A stretch of DNA of 64,000 nucleotides from contig NZ_CAXBPD010000021.1 of NCBI RefSeq assembly GCF_963977555.1, positions 19,195 through 83,194 on the forward strand, in the 5' to 3' direction. Numbering within the stretch: position 1 is the first letter of the stretch; the number at the start of each line of letters is the position of its first letter. Source of the DNA: an uncultured Cyclobacterium sp. GTDB lineage: Bacteria > Bacteroidota > Bacteroidia > Cytophagales > Cyclobacteriaceae. A program made the translations under genes and the position numbers. The notes under the pieces are model-generated. The model was not told where the DNA came from and made no database searches. It saw nothing but the letters and a program-made list of their open reading frames with translations. Of the stretch, positions 10,001-17,113 are shown piece by piece.

Positions 10001-12964
10001 AATGTCGTATTTTGCAGCTATGGGATCCGATTCAATAATTTTAGTATCGAGCCCTGGTAAAAGTAGCTTCTCAGTGCTGGCTGATCCATCGTGCATCACA
10101 AACAAGACATTGAAAAATGGTTCTCCAGATTTGTTTCTGGAAGCAAACGATTCTACCAATTTTGTGAAAGGAATCTGGCTAAATTCTAAAGCCAGAAGCA
10201 CTTCTTCTCTAATCTGCTTAATGAATGCACCAAAATTTTCTTCTGTATTGATTTTAGATCTTAAAGGTAAGGTATTGACAAAATATCCGATCAATTCTTC
10301 AGTACCTGCCCAATTTCGATCTACTACAGGGACGCCCACACAAATATCTTTTTGGTTGCTGTACCGGTAAAGCAAAACTTTAAAAACCGCTAAAAAAGCC
10401 ATGAAAAGGGAAGCTTCACTTTCTTTGGCAATAGAAGCAATTGGTCCAATTTCTTCACGATCTAGAAAAAATCGTTGCGTACCTACTTTTCGGGGGGAAG
10501 TTGATGGTTTTTTAAAATCTTTTGGTAGTTGCAGGATATTCCAACCGGCTAATGCCTCTTCCCAAAAGGACATGCCAGCCTTATAATCTAATGTATCTAT
10601 TAGTTTTTGTTGCTGTTGAAGATACCAGGTGTAGTTTTGGGTAGTAGAAGTATGGTCCCGACCTGTTCCATTAACGATTGTTTGGTAGTTTTCAGATAAT
10701 TCCTTAACAAACAACTTCATTGAATAATCATCAAAAGCAATATGATGAAAAACGAATCCTAGTATTTGGATACCATCGCTGTATTTAATCAATATTCCTC
10801 GCACCATAAAATCTCTCTTAAGATCAAATGGAGATTGAAAAAATGGGGCAAGAATTGCGTTACTGTGTGTGGCTGAATAGGATTCTTCTGAAAAATCCTT
10901 AATTAACAGGTTCCACCCTTCTTCGGATTTAAGCGTTACCTGGTCAATGTCCAAAAAGCAGGTTTTCAATATTTCGTGTCGTTTCATTACAGCACGAATA
11001 GCCCATTCAAGCTTTTCTGCATCCAGTTTACCAGTCAAAAGGTAGGTCACGGGTAGGTGGTAGGCCAGTGACCCTTCGAGTTTATCTATGAACCAAAGCG
11101 ATTGCTGTGCAAATGAAACACTGGAAGCAGCCGTTCTAATTTGAGGAATTGATCGAATGGTTGTTTCTACATCTAGCTTGTTACGGCTGAGGGTTAGCTT
11201 GTGTAATTGAGCAATCGTGGGAAAATTAAAAATATCTGATACGCTAACCTGCAGGTTTCGTTCTTTTTTAAGATGTGCAGCTAATCTCATCGCAGCTAGA
11301 GAATTGCCTCCAGCCTCAAAAAAATTGAGAAATTGTCCGGTATTTTCAAGACCAAGAACGCGATCGAAGGCTTCCTGAAGAAAACGCAACTCAGGATCTG
11401 CGATAAACTCGTTTTGGGTAGAATCGTCCTTTCGTGAACTGGGAATTAATGCCGCTTGGTTCACTTTTCCATTTTCGGTAAGTGGAAAACTTTCCCTCAT
11501 TTCAATTTTGCCAGGCAACATATAGGAAGGAAGGCGCTGTGCCATCACTTCTTTTATATGTAATGGATCCAACTCAGTTCCTGACACCACAAATAGGACA
11601 ATTTGTTCAGGAGAATTATTTGTTGGTTTGGAAAGGATGGCGAAGGCTTCCTTTACCAGTGCTGTTTCAAGTGCCGCCTTTTCAATTTCAATCAAATCCA
11701 CCCGATTTCCTTGGAATTTTACCTGTCGATCTTTTCTTCCCTCAAACACCAAAGAGCCGTCTGGAAGTATGCGCACCATATCGCCAGTGGCATACATTAC
11801 GCCGCCTTTATCACCATCAAAGGGATTAGGGAGAAATAAGGCAGCAGTTAATGCTGGATCTTTCCAATAGCCCAAGGCGACTTGCGGTCCACCAATATAA
11901 AGCTCCCCCAACGCTCCCATAGGCACTTTGCAGCCGTCCTGGTCCAGTACATAACATACAACACCTGGAACAGGTCTCCCTATAGTAACCTGGTCTCGAT
12001 CTGGTTTAATTTGGGCCACAGTAGACCAAATGGTAGCCTCAGTTGGTCCATACTCGTTGTAGAGGTCAACATTATGCATCTCGAGAAAATGACTCGAGGC
12101 AAGCTCATCCGGCAATCGCTCACCTCCTAAAATCACCCGTTGTAGTTGCTGCCCTTTTAATAGATCATGCTCTAAAAGAAATCGGTAGTACGAAGGAACA
12201 CAAAGCAATGTATCTGTTCCTTGAAATAAACTGGGAAGGAGTTCGGGTTCCTGAATTGATCGGATGGGACTAATCACAAGACTTCCCCCAGTGCATAATG
12301 GCCAAAAGATTGCCGCAAGTGAGGCATCAAAGGTAAGTGGTGGAATCAACAGCAAATGGGGGATGCAAGCATAATACTTTATTCTGCTTTGAATAGCATG
12401 GAAAAGTTGTTGATGACCGACCATAACGCCCTTAGGCTCACCTGTACTTCCAGAAGTATACATGATGTAGGCAAGGGGCCCCTCCTTAATTTTAGCTCTG
12501 GAGGGCAAATCCACACCAGCCTCTCTTAAAACCCTACTAAATGGAAGGTTTATAATTTGCTGTTGCTTCTCTTTTATCTCTGAATCATTATCTGTAAGTA
12601 GTATATTTACACCCAACTGATTGAGAATCTCATGCTTTCTATTTTCCGGCCACTCGGGATTTATCGGAGCAAAAGCCTTTCCAGATTTGACAATTCCCAG
12701 GATCGCCGCTATGTAATGGTAGCTTCTCTCCATACTTAAAGGAATGACTTCCTGATTTTTGAGGTCAGCGTTAATTATATAGGAACATACCCTGGAAGAC
12801 AATTTATCCAAGTCAGAATACGTATAGGAATTTTTTCCCTCTCGAATTACAGTCGCGGTTGGAAAGTATCCAACCATTTGTAGAAATAAATCTATCAATG
12901 TATAATCTTCCTCAGGCTGACGGTTATTAATTTGTCCATGAAAATTCAATACTTTCATCTGCAT
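4049..12964 (-). CDS. Three-module non-ribosomal peptide synthetase (A-T-C-A-T-C-A-T-TE)
   Basis: Three A domains (YTSGSTG/YTSGTTG, YGPTE); three carrier motifs GGNS, GGNS, GGHS; two C domains HHIAFDD and HHIAFDG; C-terminal thioesterase GYSLG plus EGEH. Confidence 0.97.
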   Translation of the reverse strand: MQMKVLNFHGQINNRQPEEDYTLIDLFLQMVGYFPTATVIREGKNSYTYSDLDKLSSRVCSYIINADLKNQEVIPLSMERSYHYIAAILGIVKSGKAFAPINPEWPENRKHEILNQLGVNILLTDNDSEIKEKQQQIINLPFSRVLREAGVDLPSRAKIKEGPLAYIMYTSGSTGEPKGVMVGHQQLFHAIQSRIKYYACIPHLLLIPPLTFDASLAAIFWPLCTGGSLVISPIRSIQEPELLPSLFQGTDTLLCVPSYYRFLLEHDLLKGQQLQRVILGGERLPDELASSHFLEMHNVDLYNEYGPTEATIWSTVAQIKPDRDQVTIGRPVPGVVCYVLDQDGCKVPMGALGELYIGGPQVALGYWKDPALTAALFLPNPFDGDKGGVMYATGDMVRILPDGSLVFEGRKDRQVKFQGNRVDLIEIEKAALETALVKEAFAILSKPTNNSPEQIVLFVVSGTELDPLHIKEVMAQRLPSYMLPGKIEMRESFPLTENGKVNQAALIPSSRKDDSTQNEFIADPELRFLQEAFDRVLGLENTGQFLNFFEAGGNSLAAMRLAAHLKKERNLQVSVSDIFNFPTIAQLHKLTLSRNKLDVETTIRSIPQIRTAASSVSFAQQSLWFIDKLEGSLAYHLPVTYLLTGKLDAEKLEWAIRAVMKRHEILKTCFLDIDQVTLKSEEGWNLLIKDFSEESYSATHSNAILAPFFQSPFDLKRDFMVRGILIKYSDGIQILGFVFHHIAFDDYSMKLFVKELSENYQTIVNGTGRDHTSTTQNYTWYLQQQQKLIDTLDYKAGMSFWEEALAGWNILQLPKDFKKPSTSPRKVGTQRFFLDREEIGPIASIAKESEASLFMAFLAVFKVLLYRYSNQKDICVGVPVVDRNWAGTEELIGYFVNTLPLRSKINTEENFGAFIKQIREEVLLALEFSQIPFTKLVESFASRNKSGEPFFNVLFVMHDGSASTEKLLLPGLDTKIIESDPIAAKYDITFTLSGDNNGINGTIEYDLDLFVPDRMQRMFTHFKRLMQELPKNVGKPLKEIALLSNKEIDELSGRKVYKKEEIYQSFFERFKEQVSLLGNAPALLLGENHLGFSDLEHRANQFAGTLRREGVKRGDHVVLLVQRGMDMVAAMLGIWKAGAAYVPVDLSYPKERIAFILADCNAYYIVTDTDSGNIPELPERRKVILLSEAFVDNSENDQEPLLISAKESAYLIYTSGSTGKPKGVNLTHGNLAAFLDWCGKEFSPNSFGLMYAATSICFDLSIFELFFPLAYGKTTRILQNGLQIPEYLHRDERVLINTVPSLVQKLVEAKVDLSNVSLLNMAGEPIPTQLTDRLDLRRMTVRNLYGPTEDTTYSTCVKLTSGRSLSIGRPIAGSFAYILNPDRMPCPVGIPGEIYLGGKGLAAGYLNRPELTAEKFILNPLAEGDGNLLYQTGDLGLWCEDGSIDFLGRLDNQVKLNGYRIELDEVSAILESLEGVENAVVVLQNSSSGEKVLAAFVTGDKSLDKKRLVDNMKNIVPPFMVPSRLERLDKLPLTPNGKIDRKKLESAVVLALEGDGFEAPTTLLESQLLDLWRKVIHSDKPGIKDDFFLSGGNSLLAIKMVGKIKESIGVEISISELFSNPTVSGIASIIQHKEQKETEISRILPFRPRPAFIPLSYGQESLWLIDKLEGSSQYHVPVLLKIKGESRRLILQEAIQSILERHEVLRTVIKEKGEEASQQIMPVLGWELSEASEDINYSHSNFPDEDIAELLERPFDLEKDFMIRAKLYPIGSDECLLLVIVHHIAFDGWSIPVFIKELFALVNAEKSGESLFLPHLKIQYTDYALWQRDLLTADVLEEKLVYWKSKLDGIKPLNLLGEGESFKQRSHKGETFDFIIDPRQNNRMLNLGQQLGISPFIILLAAFKSLIGRSSGQEDLCVGTAMGLRKQVEAEPLIGYFVNPLPIRSILKPEDSFKEILLEVKKNTLEAFDHQDVPFEKIVAASAQNRRFGENPLFQVMFVMEFDKEVFYKAEGLSMEVMPISQNTSKFDLTFIAKETADGNRIRIEYAKDLFDVSRIKSLASQYQQLLEAALADPNQKLSSLIPNPTFKGIGMIEEDSVIRGKYTPIQRLIEAAVNKHESKAALLYRDRQVSYKDLNGKANQLAGHLLRKGLKKGQIVGIVLDRSPEFLISILGILKAGGAYLPLDTDYPRQRIEYILDDSCKFFIAASETKENLKTKAEKVVWEDFIDNCENYSEHNLSINPLAEDPAYIIYTSGTTGKPKGVILEHLNLFNFVSVVREKPGVSEEDKVLAVSSVSFDIALLETLVSLAYGAQIVILDKEQCKEPRAIIGELEKREITIMFATPSHWKMLLEGGWTQRFEGLRMISGGEPLEKKLAFRLLTLGEELWNVYGPTETTVYSNIKRIHSTDSEITVGKPVLNTQILILNKDGDPVQKGRKGEIFISGHGVGRGYLNRPALTQERFLKNRNEGGGKYLMFKSGDLGWINRSDELVVSGRIDHQVKIRGYRIELAEVESEIRQLEGVSDAIVLVRKDSNGEAYLKAYITQFQKGSFNDQEWQYLEPDQVRIWKDQLGLTLANYMIPRDFLWLKTFALLENGKVNRKGLPDPERLTPLSEGEGFVLDPHERLVADIWKKALGLPLIDKNDNFFEIGGHSLIAVKVMVQLEKVYGIRLPLSVLFKYPTIQKLSQAIKSGVLGNSEWKCLVAIKKSGTKPPLYIVHGGGLNIMPFYAVAREMDREQPVFGIQAKGLDGVEQPLHTVEAIASQYLEEVLQQNPQGPYFLAGYSLGGIIAYEMAIQLVKMGKVVEKLVLFDTYAFQSDRDKSFKKRLINNLRHVYGKRKFDVELLLKHPAIFKRIKKASWRKKFQKVQNWYRPEEEKAESSLLKTYKRVEYVYKEACKEYEISYYNGEVDLIKARIASGYLPDKENFGWKPYVEKLNVWETEGEHSSMISPPNDTLFASLLQQLLDRESKI

Positions 12965-13208
12965 CTTTTCTAATTATTGCGGATTTTGTTTTAGAAAGTA
13001 AAACTATCCATCGCTATAGAAAACGTATGGATCGAAAATCCGACAAAGGTCTCACAGGCATCTTCTTAATATCGCCTACTTAATACTCTCTCATCATTAC
13101 AAATTAGAAAGAAGTACAGCAGCTATTTAAGATGGGTAGCCCCTATTCTCCAAGTCACTCTATTTTTATTTCAGGCGCTGCCACCAATAACATTAATGGT
13201 AATCCTAG

Positions 13209-13261
13209 CGTTTCAATGTTGAAACGCGTTTACCAAATTGCCTCTGGATTTCAAATTTGAA
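13209..13261. promoter_or_regulatory. Two palindromic TTCAA-N2-TTGAA boxes upstream of the NRPS (candidate operator)
   Basis: Boxes at 13212-13223 (extends to an 8-bp IR, 13209-13226) and 13250-13261. Confidence 0.4.
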
Positions 13262-13557
13262 TTGGTAGTAAACTATTTAATATGTTATTTAATAATTTGT
13301 GGGTTTTAAACAAACTAAGGAAAGATTCTAAAGTTTAAACTAATAAGTAAATAAGCAGGTAATTATTTTAAAATCCAATTTAATGAGTCTAAAATACAAA
13401 TATATGTAATTTACTATGAATTTCAGAATTACAGGAAAATAAATAAATCAGTCCCCCTCTTCCAACGTGACTGTATTTACAATTTGCTTTCATTGACAAA
13501 AGTGTTTTTTAATTAAAAAAAAGTACCTTATTTTTAATTAAGTGGTATTTTTACTGA

Positions 13558-14397
13558 GTGATGAACTATTTCCCTTCCAAAAAAAGACTGGCACATATAG
13601 TATACGAATCAGATGATCGTGCTTCTAAAGCCTTTGACCTGGTTTTATTGGTATTAATCTTACTAAGTGTAGTAATCGTAATCCTGGACTCCGTTCAAGA
13701 TATTCGTGAAAATTATGGTGAGCTCTTGTATTGGCTGGAATGGGGTTTTACGCTTGTCTTCACGGTAGAATATTTTCTTCGAATATGGTTAGGGAATAAT
13801 AAAACGGGCTATGTGTTTAGCTTTTATGGGATTGTAGATTTGCTTGCCATTCTCCCTACCTACCTGAGTCTATTCTTACTGCAAACGCAATACTTGACAG
13901 TTATAAGAGCATTGCGCTTTTTAAGGATATTAAGAATTCTTAAACTGCCAGAATACATTAAAGAAGCTTCCAGATTAACAGATGCCCTAAAACACAGCAA
14001 GGCGAAAATTCAGATTTTCGTGGGATCTGTTTTGACAATTGTATTGGTAATGGGATCCGTGATGTATATTATAGAAGGCCCTGAGAGCGGTTTTACCTCC
14101 ATCCCTCGGTCTATGTATTGGGCCATCGTCACGCTCACTACCGTAGGCTATGGTGACATTGCCCCTTCTACAGATTTTGGACAATTTATGGCCTCCCTTA
14201 TTATGCTAATAGGTTATGCCATTATCGCAGTGCCCACTGGAATTGTCACTTCAGAATTGGTTTCTGCCAGAAATGCCGAAGAGATCAAAGCCTACCCCAA
14301 TATAAAATCATGCAAGGCCTGCAATTTAAAGCATCATAGTTTGGATGCGGTCTTCTGCAGACGATGCGGAACCCGACTTACCCCTAGGGTTGAATAG
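13558..14397 (+). CDS. Voltage-gated potassium channel family ion transporter with C-terminal Zn-ribbon
   Basis: TLTTVGYGD selectivity filter, S4 RALRFLRILRILK, C-terminal CKAC..CRRC; ATG at 13561 also possible. Confidence 0.93.
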   Translation: MMNYFPSKKRLAHIVYESDDRASKAFDLVLLVLILLSVVIVILDSVQDIRENYGELLYWLEWGFTLVFTVEYFLRIWLGNNKTGYVFSFYGIVDLLAILPTYLSLFLLQTQYLTVIRALRFLRILRILKLPEYIKEASRLTDALKHSKAKIQIFVGSVLTIVLVMGSVMYIIEGPESGFTSIPRSMYWAIVTLTTVGYGDIAPSTDFGQFMASLIMLIGYAIIAVPTGIVTSELVSARNAEEIKAYPNIKSCKACNLKHHSLDAVFCRRCGTRLTPRVE

Positions 14398-14608
14398 AAA
14401 CATTCCTTACCGGTCGAAATTCTAAAGCGTGGGGAAAGGCAGGTTATGGATATCCTAACTTACCATCGACCCTCTAAGGTCCATCTTAGTCCATTGTGCT
14501 TCACTTATTTTATCCCCTTTCAATAGCGCCATAACCTTACCTTTCTACTAGGTATATTGAATCAACCTTGAGAAGTAAAGCTTCGCTATCCCCAACCGAT
14601 TCCAAGAC

Positions 14609-14643
14609 AAAAAAAAAGCCATGAAACAAAATCTCATAGCTTT
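14609..14643 (-). terminator. Intrinsic terminator of tRNA-like unit 1 (identical copies at 16191-16225 and 16696-16729)
   Basis: Minus strand AAAGCTATGAGA-TTTTG-TTTCATGGCTTT followed by a T-run. Confidence 0.8.
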
Positions 14644-14674
14644 AGTCAATTAACAATAAACCCAAAATAACCTG

Positions 14675-14798
14675 CTGTAGGAGAAGGAGTCGAACCTCCA
14701 CGGAGCAGTTAGGAAAAATACGAGCTCGCTATTTTCTTTGTCCTGTGATCCCCACCCCCGAGACAGGAGGGCATGTCTGCCAGTTTCATCATCCTACA
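14675..14798 (-). tRNA. Atypical tRNA-Asp(GUC)-like RNA with 55-nt variable arm, copy 1
   Basis: Acceptor TGTAGGA/TCCTACA + G73; D-arm ATG-AAACTGGCAGA-CAT; anticodon arm CCCTC-CTGTCTC-GGGGG; T-arm GGAGG-TTCGACT-CCTTC; CCA not encoded. Confidence 0.7.
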
Positions 14799-14861
14799 GT
14801 ATAAATCGGTAATAAAGTTTCTTTTCATTACCCAAAGACCTTTTGTCTTTGTTTGATGTTT

Positions 14862-14869
14862 CAAAGGTA
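14862..14869 (-). promoter_or_regulatory. Bacteroidota -7 promoter element TACCTTTG for tRNA-like unit 1
   Basis: Matches TAnnTTTG; same sequence at the same offset in copies 2 (16447-16454) and 3 (16951-16958). Confidence 0.7.
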
Positions 14870-15210
14870 ACAAAAAGATTAATAAATTAAAATTATGACA
14901 ACATATAAGATACATTTTTACATTTTTTTTATTATTTTACATTAAAATCAACCTTTTCAATATTTTAACCCTTTGAAATTCACCTTTCATTGAAAAATAT
15001 TAAAATCCAGCTGGAGACCTACCCCAAGGAGCAGCTATTAACAAAAAAAAAATGGTTAAATCTTCATGAATTCATTTTTAGTATTTAATAAAAAAAATTG
15101 GTTTTTTTATTATTTTACTATTTTTAAAGGTATTAGTTTGATTATTATATATTTTTATTCAACCTTTGTTATTGATTACATATTAAGAAAACACCACAAC
15201 TACCACTATT

Positions 15211-16020
15211 ATGAAAGAGACAGGATTTTTAATTGACATGGACGGTGTCATCTACCGGGGAGGGGAATTGATACCTGGAGCGAAGGAATTTATTCAAAAA
15301 TTACTGGAAGAAGACTACCCCTTTAGGTTCCTCACCAATAACAGCCAGAGAAACTGCAGAGACGTAGTAGCAAAACTAAGTAGAATGGGAATAGGCGTTA
15401 AGGAAAAGCATATTTTTACCTGCGCCATAGCTACAGCCAGGTACCTTGCTGCACAAAAACCTAATGGCACAGCTTATGTGATAGGAGAAGGGGGTTTGTT
15501 GACAGCATTACACCAAAACGGATACTCTATAGTAGATGACGCACCAGACTATGTAGTCATCGGAGAAGGCCGTACGATTATGCTAGAATCTGTAGACAAA
15601 GCTATAAACATGGTAATGAATGGCGCCAAACTCATTGCCACCAACCTCGATGCCTACTGCCCAAGTTCCAATAATTCAATCCGCTCAGGTTGTGGTGCTT
15701 TTGTATCCATGATAGAAATGGCCACTGGCAGAAAAGCCTTTAGCGCAGGCAAACCAAACCCAGTGATGATGAGAATTGCCAAAGCAGAATTGGGAACTCA
15801 TTCTGCTAATACCATCATGATTGGGGACACCATGGAAACAGACATATTAGGCGGAGTTCAAATGGGATTTAAAACGGTACTTACCCTAACGGGCTCCACC
15901 AAGATCGACGACCTGGACGCTTACGCCTATTCACCAGATCATATTATTTCTAGTATTCAGGAATTAAATGATCCAATGGTCTTAGAACAGATTGTAAATG
16001 GAGACCTGGTCCTTCAATAG
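15211..16020 (+). CDS. HAD-superfamily subfamily IIA hydrolase (NagD-like phosphatase)
   Basis: DMDGV nucleophile motif, LTNN, GKP and GDTMETD motifs. Confidence 0.92.
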   Translation: MKETGFLIDMDGVIYRGGELIPGAKEFIQKLLEEDYPFRFLTNNSQRNCRDVVAKLSRMGIGVKEKHIFTCAIATARYLAAQKPNGTAYVIGEGGLLTALHQNGYSIVDDAPDYVVIGEGRTIMLESVDKAINMVMNGAKLIATNLDAYCPSSNNSIRSGCGAFVSMIEMATGRKAFSAGKPNPVMMRIAKAELGTHSANTIMIGDTMETDILGGVQMGFKTVLTLTGSTKIDDLDAYAYSPDHIISSIQELNDPMVLEQIVNGDLVLQ

Positions 16021-16048
16021 GCAAGCAATTGCAATTCCATTTAACACT

Positions 16049-16084
16049 AAAGGTAACGTATCGCGGCATACGTTACCTTTTTTT
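16049..16084 (+). terminator. Intrinsic terminator after the HAD gene
   Basis: aaaggtaacgtat-cgcggc-atacgttaccttt plus T-run. Confidence 0.85.
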
Positions 16085-16256
16085 CTGACCGCTTTTAATT
16101 GGGATCATCACCAGGACATGGATACATTCTATCAAGACAGCACCCATTAATTGGAAATAAAACCAAAGACTACCCTAAAAATTTGGGTACAAAAAAAAAG
16201 CCATGAAACAAAATCTCATAGCTTTAGTCAATTAACAATAAACCCAAAATAACCTG

Positions 16257-16380
16257 CTGTAGGAGAAGGAGTCGAACCTCCACGGAGCAGTTAGGAAAAA
16301 TACGAGCTCGCTATTTTCTTTGTCCTGTGATCCCCACCCCCGAGACAGGAGGGCATGTCTGCCAGTTTCATCATCCTACA
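16257..16380 (-). tRNA. Atypical tRNA-Asp(GUC)-like RNA, copy 2
   Basis: Identical by eye to 14675-14798 (offset 1582). Confidence 0.7.
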
Positions 16381-16760
16381 GTATAAATCGTCAGCATCAA
16401 GTAAGCTTTTAACTGACCAAAGACCGTTTGTCTTTGTTTGATATTTCAAAGGTAGTAAAAAGCGCTTAAAATTAAAATTACAGCAACAAATTAGGTTGTT
16501 TTTTACATTATATTTATTTTATTGTATATTTAAATTCACTATTAATAATTATTATTACTGAATTTGGCTATAAATTGGAAGATTTGTAACCATAAATTTT
16601 CGAGCATCAAATAATGCTTCAAAGTAGCTTTTTCAATATGATAAAAGCAAAAACTGCTGACTTAAAGGCATTCCCTACCCTAATAATTTGGGCACAAAAA
16701 AAAGCCATGAAACAAAATCTCATAGCTTTAGTCAATTAACAATAAACCCAAAATAACCTG

Positions 16761-16884
16761 CTGTAGGAGAAGGAGTCGAACCTCCACGGAGCAGTTAGGA
16801 AAAATACGAGCTCGCTATTTTCTTTGTCCTGTGATCCCCACCCCCGAGACAGGAGGGCATGTCTGCCAGTTTCATCATCCTACA
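16761..16884 (-). tRNA. Atypical tRNA-Asp(GUC)-like RNA, copy 3
   Basis: Identical by eye to copies 1 and 2 (504 bp from copy 2). Confidence 0.7.
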
Positions 16885-17113
16885 GTATATATCATCAGCA
16901 TCAAGTAAGCTTTTAACTGACCAAAGACCGTTTGCCTTTGTTTGATATTTCAAAGGTAGTAAAAAGCGCTTATAATTAAAATTATAGCAACAAATTATAA
17001 TATTTTTTACATTATAATTATTTTTAAAAGCATTTATTTACCATATTTAAAATTTTTACACCTCCACCATCCACAATATTAGAAAATCCACAACAGAAAG
17101 AACTAGAAAAAAG

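Larger units (their letters stand above)
16171..17013 (-). repeat. Tandem duplication (504-bp period) of the tRNA-like transcription unit
   Basis: Similarity between copies 2 and 3 runs from beyond the terminator (taccctaa.aatttggg.acaaaa) to the upstream tttttacatt box. Confidence 0.85.

Noticed and set aside
5927-12273. Numerous 60-170 aa plus-strand ORFs inside the NRPS (and similar ones inside other genes)
   Set aside because: Antisense or out-of-frame shadows of well-supported genes
4049-12964. ACV (beta-lactam) synthetase identity for the 3-module NRPS
   Set aside because: No epimerisation domain before the TE, A-domain codes do not fit Aad/Cys/Val, and no isopenicillin N synthase is adjacent
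13175-13186. ops/JUMPstart-like GGTGGCAGCG upstream of the NRPS (minus strand)
   Set aside because: Only a partial match to GGCGGTAG, no NusG paralog nearby, and too short to support
14674-14799. tRNA-Sec or allo-tRNA reading (8-bp acceptor stem)
   Set aside because: An 8/5 pairing is possible, but the anticodon is GUC not UCA, the D-stem is 3 bp rather than the extended Sec type, and no selA/B/D is in the window; the 7/5 fold with G73 is simpler
14609-14869. Canonical YrlA Y RNA
   Set aside because: YrlA has a permuted tRNA-like domain without an anticodon loop and usually lies beside rsr. Here the order is a standard D-anticodon-V-T cloverleaf and no TROVE gene is in the window, so only an analogy is claimed
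14709-14915. 68-aa ORF over tRNA-like copy 1
   Set aside because: Overlaps the promoter and cloverleaf, has no protein motif, and its N-terminal part lies in flanking DNA that has diverged in copies 2 and 3
14609-16958. Triple repeat as a CRISPR array or an attL/attR pair
   Set aside because: Units are about 260 bp with irregular spacing (1582 and 504 bp) and fold as tRNAs. There are no cas genes or integrase, and whole genes rather than 3' halves are duplicated
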